Positions 9,558-16,808 of a DNA stretch of 64,000 nt are shown here, piece by piece. Origin of the DNA: Vicinamibacterales bacterium (GTDB taxonomy: Bacteria > Acidobacteriota > Vicinamibacteria > Vicinamibacterales > UBA8438); the NCBI GenBank assembly GCA_958296065.1, contig CATQHX010000007.1, positions 4,275 to 68,274 of the forward strand, read 5' to 3'. Every line of letters starts with the position of its first letter. The first letter of the stretch is position 1. A program made the position numbers and the translations under genes. The notes below the pieces were generated by a model. The model was not told the origin of the DNA. It saw only the letters and a list, made by a program, of their open reading frames with translations, and ran no database searches.

Positions 9558-9818
9558 CCGGCGGGCACCGGTCTGCACTGCGGCGCGTTCCGATATTGTC
9601 GGCAGCCCGGCAACGCTATAGGGGCGGCGTGCGGACGCATCGGCGCGCCGGTTCGCGACGTGCCGCCCCCAAACCTGCCGCTCGCCCGCATCTCCCGCCG
9701 AAGGCCGAACCATGACCGTCAGAGCCAAAGCGGCCTTGTTAAGGATGGAGATAATGAGGGGAAGCCTCCCGGCGCAGGGGAGTAAATGCTTTGGATTCAG
9801 TGCTTTGCGGGAGATGAG

Positions 9819-9912
9819 TGGCGGTGAGGCAGGGATTCGAACCCTGGGAAGAGGTTAATGCCCCTTCAACGGTTTAGCAAACCGCCGCCTTCAGCCTCTC
9901 GGCCACCTCACC
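9819..9912 (-). tRNA. tRNA-Ser(GCU), CCA encoded
   Basis: Hand fold: acceptor GGTGAGG/CCTCACC, D arm GCC-GAGAGGCTGAA-GGC, anticodon stem GCGGT/ACCGT with loop TTGCTAA, 7-bp long variable arm, T arm CAGGG-TTCGAAT-CCCTG, discriminator G, CCA. Confidence 0.9.
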
Positions 9913-10449
9913 GCAGGAGGGCGAACGCGGTCGGATCGCATGCAGCCGGCCGCACCTTCTACGATACCGCACTTCCCGGCGCGCGCAAAGCGGACGAGCA
10001 CCGGGGCACCGAACCGCGGCCTTGCCGAAAGGCGAAAGCTCGGGTAGCTTGAGCGTGCCGTCGTCGCCCACGCTGGTGCGGACGGGGCATTCTCGCCGTC
10101 GGCGTCGCGCTCGGCGTTCCCGGACACGGCGACGCGGCCGCACCGGTGGTCTACGCCTACCCGGAACTCGAGGGACTGCTGGCGGGCGAGGGCGCGGGCG
10201 GACGCAAGGCGATGCTCCCTGGCCCGGGAGAACAGCCGCCTACCGAGCGGCCCGGGAGCTGAGGCGCCGATCCGGGGCGACCTTGGCAGGCCGTGTTCCT
10301 TCGGGCCGTTGCGCCTGCGATTCGGCGATTGAACGGGCGCGTGCAAGGCATTAAGATCAAGAGCTATCGCTTTTTCCGGCGCCGACGCCCGCGCGAGGCG
10401 GGCCTGCACGGTGCCCGAGGATCGGCAACACCGTCTGGAGATCAGATCG

Positions 10450-11934
10450 ATGACGCGATTGGTCGCACTGTCCGCCGGCGTCGTGATCGCCCTGTCACTC
10501 GCGGCCGTCCCCGCCGGCGCGGCCGAGGGGACCCCCACGTACAACGAGCACGTCGGGGACATCCTGCTGAACAACTGCGCGAGCTGCCACCGGCCGAACC
10601 AGGTGGCGCCGATGTCGCTGCTGTCGTACCGCGAGGCGCGGCCGTGGGCGCGGGCCATCAAGGCGAAGGTCGTCTCGCGCGAGATGCCGCCGTGGTTCGC
10701 CGACCCGCGGTTCGGCGAATTCTCCAACGACATCAGCCTGAGCGACGACGAGATCGAGACGATCGTCGCGTGGGTCGACGGCGGCGCGCCGCAGGGCGAC
10801 GGGGCGGCGCCGGAGCCGCCCGACTTCTCGGCGGCCGGCTGGAGCCACCCCGACGGGCTCGATCCGGACTACGTCATCGAGTTCCCGATCGCGTGGCAGA
10901 TCGACGCCGAGGGCGAGACCCCGAACTTCAACCTGTTCACGCCGCTGCCTTTCGACGACGTCATGCGGGTGTCGGCGACCGAGGTGCGGCCCGGCAACTA
11001 CGCGGTGACGCACCACATCACGACCGGTCTGGTGGACCTGCCGCCGGGGACGAAGCTGGGCCGCGGGCCGGCGTGGCCGGGCGGGCCGTTGGTCGACTAC
11101 GTGCCGGTGGAGGATCCCGACTACGCGGCGACGGAGGCCGACGCGGCGGACGAAGCGTCCGCGGATGACGAGGAAGCCGACGAGCGTTCCGCCGCGGAGC
11201 TCGAGGAGCGCCGGCGGGCGCGGGCCGGCTTCGGACCGTACATCCCGGGCGTGGGAGCCAGGGTGGTCCGCGACGGGCAGGTCCGCGAGGTGCGCGGCGA
11301 CCTGTTCGACTACATCATCTGGAACCTGCACTACCAGGCCACCGGCAAGCCGGAGGTGGCCCGGCCGGCCATCGGCGCTTGGTTCGCCAACGACACGGAC
11401 GGCAAGTACCAGCGCACCCTCTCGTTGCGCGAGTACACCTCCGAGAACGAGCAGCTCGTCGCACCGCCGCCGCTCACCGCGGAGGAGCGGGCGGCCGCGA
11501 ACGCCGATCGGCAGGCGGGCCAGGGGCTGAATCCGCTGCTGGCGCCGATTCCGCCAAACGATCCGAACTGGACGGTCACCGGCATCGGGGCGTTCCAGAA
11601 CGATGCCGTCCTGCAGAGCCTGTTCCTCCACATGCACGTGCGCGGCAAGGATGTCACCTACGTGCTGACCTACCCGGACGGCCGGGAGGAGATCCTGCTC
11701 CGGGTGCCGAACTACGCCTTCGACTGGCAGTTCGAGTACGACCTCGTCGAGCCGATTCGGGTGCCGGCGGGGAGCACGGTGAAGGCCATCGCCCGCTACG
11801 ACAACTCGAGGGCCAACCGCCTGAACCCCGCTCCGCACAAGGAGGTCTACTGGTCGGAGCAGAGCTGGGACGACATGTTCCTCGCCAACGTCAAGTACAC
11901 GCTGGAGGACGAGGACACCGAGGGCGACAACTGA
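10450..11934 (+). CDS. Secreted c-type cytochrome domain fused to a PHM/DBH-like (copper monooxygenase-like) domain
   Basis: Signal peptide, then CASCH haem motif, RPWARAIKAKVVSREMPPW, HH pair (VTHHITTG), HxH motif (HMHVRGK). Paralogue of 35289-36617. Confidence 0.65.
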   Translation: MTRLVALSAGVVIALSLAAVPAGAAEGTPTYNEHVGDILLNNCASCHRPNQVAPMSLLSYREARPWARAIKAKVVSREMPPWFADPRFGEFSNDISLSDDEIETIVAWVDGGAPQGDGAAPEPPDFSAAGWSHPDGLDPDYVIEFPIAWQIDAEGETPNFNLFTPLPFDDVMRVSATEVRPGNYAVTHHITTGLVDLPPGTKLGRGPAWPGGPLVDYVPVEDPDYAATEADAADEASADDEEADERSAAELEERRRARAGFGPYIPGVGARVVRDGQVREVRGDLFDYIIWNLHYQATGKPEVARPAIGAWFANDTDGKYQRTLSLREYTSENEQLVAPPPLTAEERAAANADRQAGQGLNPLLAPIPPNDPNWTVTGIGAFQNDAVLQSLFLHMHVRGKDVTYVLTYPDGREEILLRVPNYAFDWQFEYDLVEPIRVPAGSTVKAIARYDNSRANRLNPAPHKEVYWSEQSWDDMFLANVKYTLEDEDTEGDN

Positions 11935-12030
11935 CGCCGTCCGTGCCGAGGGAATCCGGAAGGGCCGCGCGCCGCGTTGCGCCGGCCCTTTTTCTTCCCC
12001 GCCCGGGAGTCCGAAGCATAGGACGGAGCG

Positions 12031-12084
12031 GATTCCCGGCGAGGTTTGACTGGGCGGAGAGCGGAGCCGCAAGGCGACGATTCC
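12031..12084. repeat. Conserved ~55-nt 5'-proximal motif, copy 1 (partner at 46298-46352)
   Basis: GATTCCCGGCGAGGTTTGACTGGGCGGAGAGCGGAGCCGCAAGGCGACGATTCC. About 47 of 55 positions identical to copy 2 by hand alignment. Ends 22 nt before ATG 12107. Confidence 0.6.
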
Positions 12085-12106
12085 AAGCGAGTTGGAGCAT
12101 CGAGAC

Positions 12107-12814
12107 ATGCCGTACGGAAAGACAGCCGTCCTTCTGCTGACCGCGGCCGTCTGGCTGGCGCCGGCGGCCGCGCTCGGCCAGCGGCTGGCCGCGACCACCG
12201 GCGAACCGACGGTCGAGATCGTGCACACGGTCGGCTGCGTCGAGCGCCGCACGGGGGACGCCGAGTGGTGGCTCGCACGGGCCGCGGACCCGACCGTCAC
12301 CAGGCCCGGCGTGTTCAACCAGGACGACGTGGACGAGGCGCGCGAGCAGGCCCTCGGCGCACGCGCGTTCCACCTCGTGGGCGTGGCCGACTTCCTCGGT
12401 GCCGAGGCCCTGCTGCGCTCGTTCGACCGGTCGTCCTTCACGACCCCGGATCAGGCGAACGCCACCGGCGAGCTCCGCGCGGGGCGCAGGGTTCTGGTCA
12501 AGGGGCTGCTGGTCGCGGCCGGAGAGGTCGAGCGGATCAACCTGTTGGCCGTCGTCGGGCTGGGAGCCTGCGCCGCAGAACGCAACGAAGTGAGTTCGGC
12601 GGCGCAGGCTCCTGGAGCGGTGGGGGCTGGGGCTAAACGCGGAGCTTGGCGACGGGTTTGGCGGCGCTGGGAGCTTGCGCCGCAGCACTGCAGCGACGCT
12701 GCAGTGCTGCGGCGCAGGCTCCTAGCGCCCCGAAACGCCTCGCTGGCTCCGCCCGGGGCGGTCCGCGACGTGGACCCGCGAACGCGGGTCGCGGCCGAAG
12801 CCGCATCCGCATGA
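12107..12814 (+). CDS. Hypothetical secreted protein; last ~85 codons are read-through of a repeat element
   Basis: Signal peptide LLLTAAVWLAPAAALG and GGAG 9 nt before the ATG. From nt 12563 the frame translates the repeat family (GACAAERNEVSSAAQAPG...), so the native C-terminus and stop are unclear. Confidence 0.45.
   Translation: MPYGKTAVLLLTAAVWLAPAAALGQRLAATTGEPTVEIVHTVGCVERRTGDAEWWLARAADPTVTRPGVFNQDDVDEAREQALGARAFHLVGVADFLGAEALLRSFDRSSFTTPDQANATGELRAGRRVLVKGLLVAAGEVERINLLAVVGLGACAAERNEVSSAAQAPGAVGAGAKRGAWRRVWRRWELAPQHCSDAAVLRRRLLAPRNASLAPPGAVRDVDPRTRVAAEAASA
12563..12760. repeat. Compound locus of the ~104-bp double-hairpin repeat family (one full unit plus partial inverted units)
   Basis: Unit 12563-12667. 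Perfect 20-bp-arm palindrome TGCGCCGCAGCACTGCAGCG-A-CGCTGCAGTGCTGCGGCGCA at 12676-12716, followed by TAGCGCCCCGAAACGCCTCG as at unit junctions in the 56151-56360 array. Confidence 0.85.
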
Positions 12815-13340
12815 CGGCTGTTGATTTCCGGTGTCGAGCCGCGCGCCGGAGGCACGCGACTCAGCGCTTCCGTGGCGGCTCTCCGCGCGAGGTCCGTATC
12901 GCCTGCGTCTCCCGCGTCGACCGTGGCGTTATGGGCCTAAGTGCTTTATATCAAGTAGCTTGCGCGTAACGGCAGGCCTCGGGTCCGGTCGCCGGCACGT
13001 GGTCTGGCAGCTCGGGAGCACGGCCGGTGGCGGGAGTTGCCTCCTCTCGTTCATCTTCCACAGAAGCTGTGGAAAACCCTGTGGAAGAAAGCCCTATTCG
13101 AGCGCAGGCGGCGCGTGCATTCGGACCGGTTCAGCGATTTGCACCATCGCGGTGCGCGGGCGTCGGCGGCAACGTGTCCGCACGCCTTGAAGCGTCTCGA
13201 GGGCCGGTGTTCGAGGACCGGCGACCGCCCCAGGTTCCCCCCGGGGCGTAGCCCGATGTGCAGCCATGATATCGTCCGAACCAAACGGAACCGACACGAT
13301 TCCGCGGTCACGAACCGCAAGCAGAAAAGGGGAGTCCACG

Positions 13341-15023
13341 ATGACTCGTCTCGCCGCGATCGTCACGCTCGCCATTCTCGTCCTCGCCGCGCCCGCGGCG
13401 GCCCAGGCGCCCGCCGTCGGCCCGGTGACCGACGCCGTGCTGGCGGATCCGCCGCCGGAGAGCTGGCTGAACTGGCGCCGGACCCTGGACGGGTGGGGAT
13501 ACAGCCCGCTGGAGCAGATCGACCGCGACAACGTCGGGGGACTCCGGATGGTCTGGTCGTGGGCGATGGAGCCCGGGTCGCAGCAGACCACCCCCATCGT
13601 GCACGAGGGCGTGATGTACCTGGCCAGCCCCGGGAACATCGTGCAGGCGCTCGACGCCGCGACCGGCGACATGCTGTGGGAGTACCGCCGCCAGTTTCCG
13701 ACCGCGCGGGGCCGCGGCCGTCCCAACCGCAACATCGCGATCTACCAGGACAAGATCATCCTCAACACCGCGGATGCGAACATTGTGGCCCTCGACACCC
13801 GGACCGGCGAGGTCGTCTGGGAGGCCGAGGTTGCCGACTCGTCCAAGGGCTTCTTCTTCAGTAGCGGCGCGCTCGTGGTCCGGGGCGTGGTGGTCTCCGG
13901 GATGGCGGGCTGCCTGCGCTTCTGGGAGGAGGGCTGCTTCATCACCGGCCACGACGCCGACACCGGGCGCGAGCTGTGGCGGACGTCCACCGTGGCACGG
14001 CCGGGGGAGCCGGGCGGCGACACCTGGGGCGACCTGCCGATGATGTTCCGCGGCGGCGGCGACGCCTGGATCGCCGGGAGCTACGACCCGGACCTCGGCC
14101 TCACCTACTGGGGTGTGGCGCAGGCCAAGCCGTGGGCCCAGGTGAGCCGCCGCACGGACGCCGACGCGCTCTACACCAGCTCGACGCTCGCGCTCGATCC
14201 CGAAACCGGAGAGATGCGCTGGTACTTCCAGCACCTGCCGGGCGAGTCGCACGACATGGACGAGACGTTCGAGCGGATCCTCGTCGACGTCGACGGGCGG
14301 CCCTCGGTCTTCACGATGGGCAAGCTCGGCATCCTGTGGCAGCTCGACCGCGAGACCGGAGGGTTCATCAACGCCACCGACCTCGGCTACCAGAACATCG
14401 TCGACATCGATTCGCAGACCGGACGCATGTCGTTCCGGCCCGGCATGATGCCCGTGCTCGACGAGGAGCTGTCGTTCTGCCCGAGCCATTCCGGTCTCAA
14501 GAGCTGGCGGGCCATGGCCTACAGCCCGGAGACCGAGGCGTTCTACATTCCTCTGACGCTCAACTGCCAGCGAACCATCTACAGCGAGGTCGAGTTCCGG
14601 GAGGGCGGCGGCGGCGCCGGGATGGTGTTCCGCGAGAACTTCCTGCACCCGGACAGCGACGGCAACATGGGCGAGTTCGTGGCCATGCACGTGAGCGGCG
14701 AGATCCTCTGGTCGCATCGCAAGCGGTCGCCCTACATCTCGGCGGCGCTGACGACCGCGGGCGGACTGACGTTCGTCGGCACGTACGACCGGCGGGCGTA
14801 CGCCTATGACGTCGCGACCGGCGACGAGCTCTGGGAGACGCGCCTGCCGACCGCCGTGCAGGGCTTCCCCGTCACCTACAGCGTGGCTGGCCGGCAGTAC
14901 GTCGCGATCGGGACCGGCACCGGGGGCGGAAGCTGGACGACGATGCCGGCGGAGCTGATTCCCGACGTACGGCGTCCGAACGCAGGCAACGGCTTGTTCG
15001 TGTTCGCGCTGCCGGCGGAGTAG
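13341..15023 (+). CDS. Secreted PQQ-dependent dehydrogenase (8-bladed quinoprotein beta-propeller, methanol/ethanol family-like)
   Basis: AAGGGGAG SD before ATG 13341 and a signal peptide. SWLNWRRTLDGWGYSPL, QTTPIVHEGVMYL, ALDAATGDMLWEY, repeated A.D..TGE..W propeller motifs. Lacks the vicinal Cys-Cys of classical MDH/ADH. Confidence 0.75.
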   Translation: MTRLAAIVTLAILVLAAPAAAQAPAVGPVTDAVLADPPPESWLNWRRTLDGWGYSPLEQIDRDNVGGLRMVWSWAMEPGSQQTTPIVHEGVMYLASPGNIVQALDAATGDMLWEYRRQFPTARGRGRPNRNIAIYQDKIILNTADANIVALDTRTGEVVWEAEVADSSKGFFFSSGALVVRGVVVSGMAGCLRFWEEGCFITGHDADTGRELWRTSTVARPGEPGGDTWGDLPMMFRGGGDAWIAGSYDPDLGLTYWGVAQAKPWAQVSRRTDADALYTSSTLALDPETGEMRWYFQHLPGESHDMDETFERILVDVDGRPSVFTMGKLGILWQLDRETGGFINATDLGYQNIVDIDSQTGRMSFRPGMMPVLDEELSFCPSHSGLKSWRAMAYSPETEAFYIPLTLNCQRTIYSEVEFREGGGGAGMVFRENFLHPDSDGNMGEFVAMHVSGEILWSHRKRSPYISAALTTAGGLTFVGTYDRRAYAYDVATGDELWETRLPTAVQGFPVTYSVAGRQYVAIGTGTGGGSWTTMPAELIPDVRRPNAGNGLFVFALPAE

Positions 15024-15135
15024 GAAAGGCGTGCATGGCGGAATCGTGCCGGGGTCGGCAGAAGAGCATGCTGGCGCCGACTCGGGCGGCGGCGCCCCAT
15101 TCCCGGCGCCCCGCGCGACGTAGCAGCGAGGCCAC

Positions 15136-15435
15136 TCAGGTGATGCCGAGCAGCTCGACCTCGAAGAGCAGGGTCGCGTCTCCCGGGATGGGGCCCTGCC
15201 CGCTGCTGCCGTAGCCGAGCTCGGGTGGAATGACGATGCGCCGCCGACCACCCACGCGCATGCCGAGCAGGCCCTGGTCCCAGCCGGCAATCACCTGTCC
15301 GGACCCGAGCGTGAACGAGAAGTCCCCGGAATCGAACTGCGTGCCCTTGTTCTCGGCCGCGTTCGGGTCGAAGAGCCAGCCCGTGTAGTTCACGGACAGG
15401 GTGTCGCCGTTCATCGCCTCCTGCCCCGTTCCCAC
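15136..15435 (-). CDS. FKBP-type peptidyl-prolyl cis-trans isomerase (start codon uncertain)
   Basis: VNYTGWL...[42 protein letters not shown]...[14 protein letters not shown] is a canonical FKBP core. The only in-frame starts are GTG 15435 or CTG 15450. Confidence 0.65.
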   Translation of the reverse strand: MGTGQEAMNGDTLSVNYTGWLFDPNAAENKGTQFDSGDFSFTLGSGQVIAGWDQGLLGMRVGGRRRIVIPPELGYGSSGQGPIPGDATLLFEVELLGIT

Positions 15436-15516
15436 GGTCAGATCGCGCAGCGGCTCGGCACGCTGGACGCGCTGTTGCCGGGCGCGAACGCGGAGGCGTC
15501 CCCGAACGGCTGAGCC

Positions 15517-16716
15517 ATGTTCCTGCCCCTCGGCGACGAGCCGAACCCCCGCGGCGTCCCGGTCGTCACCTACACCCTGATCGGCATCAACGTCGCGGTG
15601 TTCCTGTTCGTGACACTGCCGCTCAGCGGGGTCCGGCCGGCGGCGGACGATCCGGTCCTCTGGGAGTACCTGACCGCCATCGGCCCGCAGCTCTCTCCGC
15701 GCATGGAAGAGAGGCTGCTGCTGCAGGTCTCCGCGTACGACCTCGTCGTCTTCTCGTACGGGTTCCGGCCGGCCGACTGGAGCGCGCTGGCGCTGCTGAC
15801 CTCGCTGTTCCTCCACGGCGGGTTCATGCATCTCGCCGGCAACATGCTGTTCCTCTGGATCTACGGCGACAACGTCGAGCACCGGCTCGGCCCGGTGCGG
15901 TACCTGGTGGCGTATCTGGGGACCGGCATTCTCGCCACCCTGTCTCACGCGGTGCTGGACTTCGGGTCCGTCATACCGATGGTCGGGGCGTCCGGCGCCA
16001 TCTCCGGCGTGCTCGGGTTCTACTTCATCTGGTTCCCGAGGAACCGGGTCCGGCTGTGGATCATGCTGTTCCCGTTCTTCATGAACGTCATCTACGCGCC
16101 GGCGCGGCTGGTGCTGGGGATGTACCTGGTCATCGACAACCTGCTCCCGTTCCTGGCGACGCGCGGGGCCGGCGGGGGTGGTGTGGCCTATGGTGCGCAC
16201 ATCGGCGGTTTCGTCGCGGGTCTGGCGTATGCCTGGTGGAGCCAGCGCGGCGAGGTGCAGCGCCGGCCGGCGGACTTCGAGCCGGATCCGGTGGCTCCGG
16301 CCTTCGATGCGGACCCGACCTCGGTGCGCGGGATCCGCCAGATGATTGCGGCCGGGGAGCACGAGCAGGCGGCACCCGCGTACTTCAACCTGAGCGCGGC
16401 GCGCACGGCGCGGCTGCTGCTGCCCGAGGACTCCATCAACTTCGGGCGCTGGTTGGCCAACAACCGCCATTCCGATGCGGCGCTGGTCGTCTATCAGCGG
16501 CACCTGCGCGACTATCCGCTCGGCCCCTACGCCGCCGAGGCGCATCTGGGCGCGGGCCTGGTGCAGCTCTACTCGCGCAACCAGCCGACTGCCGCCTACC
16601 AGCACCTGGTAGCGGTCCTCGATGCCGAGCCGCACCCGGAGACCGAGGGGTATGCCCGGCGAGCTATCGCCGAAATCGCCGCCCGCCAGAAGTTCCGGGT
16701 GCACGGCGTGCATTGA
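15517..16716 (+). CDS. Rhomboid-family intramembrane serine protease with C-terminal TPR-like soluble domain
   Basis: [18 protein letters not shown], catalytic [19 protein letters not shown]. The last ~140 aa are helical-repeat-like. Confidence 0.8.
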   Translation: MFLPLGDEPNPRGVPVVTYTLIGINVAVFLFVTLPLSGVRPAADDPVLWEYLTAIGPQLSPRMEERLLLQVSAYDLVVFSYGFRPADWSALALLTSLFLHGGFMHLAGNMLFLWIYGDNVEHRLGPVRYLVAYLGTGILATLSHAVLDFGSVIPMVGASGAISGVLGFYFIWFPRNRVRLWIMLFPFFMNVIYAPARLVLGMYLVIDNLLPFLATRGAGGGGVAYGAHIGGFVAGLAYAWWSQRGEVQRRPADFEPDPVAPAFDADPTSVRGIRQMIAAGEHEQAAPAYFNLSAARTARLLLPEDSINFGRWLANNRHSDAALVVYQRHLRDYPLGPYAAEAHLGAGLVQLYSRNQPTAAYQHLVAVLDAEPHPETEGYARRAIAEIAARQKFRVHGVH

Positions 16717-16808
16717 CCCTTCGATAGTCCATGGGATCCGGTCCGGCAGGCGCTCCGATCAAGCGTCGTGCGGCGCGGACTCCCGGCGAAGCCTGCCCGC
16801 GGCTTCGG

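Noticed and set aside
9560-9818. Integrase, att duplication or prophage remnant downstream of tRNA-Ser (and likewise at tRNA-Gln, 18898-18997)
   Set aside because: No integrase or recombinase ORF, and no second copy of either tRNA 3' end was found by eye. There is only a modest local GC dip.
10053-10265. Coding-like frame (about 80% GC3 by hand count, ...GILAVGVALGVPGHGDAAAPVVYAYPELEGLLAGEG...) in the 537-nt gap between tRNA-Ser and the cytochrome gene
   Set aside because: No ATG, GTG or TTG start after the upstream in-frame stop at 10050, no SD, and too short for composition statistics to be meaningful. Possibly a gene remnant, but unsupported.
10495-12441. 648-aa minus-strand ORF
   Set aside because: Antisense shadow of the cytochrome c/PHM-like gene. 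Typical high-GC antisense composition (R, A, G, P, V) and no motifs.
13005-13019. TGGCAG-N8-GC sigma-54-like element upstream of the PQQ dehydrogenase
   Set aside because: The -12 region reads GAGCA rather than TTGCA. It lies about 320 nt from the start codon and is much weaker than the 38148 site.
13308-15290. 660-aa minus-strand ORF
   Set aside because: Antisense to the PQQ dehydrogenase, whose propeller motifs and SD are clear. Composition typical of a shadow ORF.
15451-16713. N-terminal ~420 codons of the 525-aa minus ORF containing the FKBP domain
   Set aside because: Overlaps the rhomboid gene on the opposite strand. There is no in-frame ATG or GTG between 15451 and the rhomboid region. 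Only the C-terminal FKBP core is credible.
16787-16807. 7-bp hairpin CGAAGCC-N7-GGCTTCG between the convergent rhomboid and LMF genes, as an intrinsic terminator
   Set aside because: Short stem, no U-tract on either strand, and it sits 1 nt from the LMF stop codon (16809-16811). Not enough support to annotate as a terminator.
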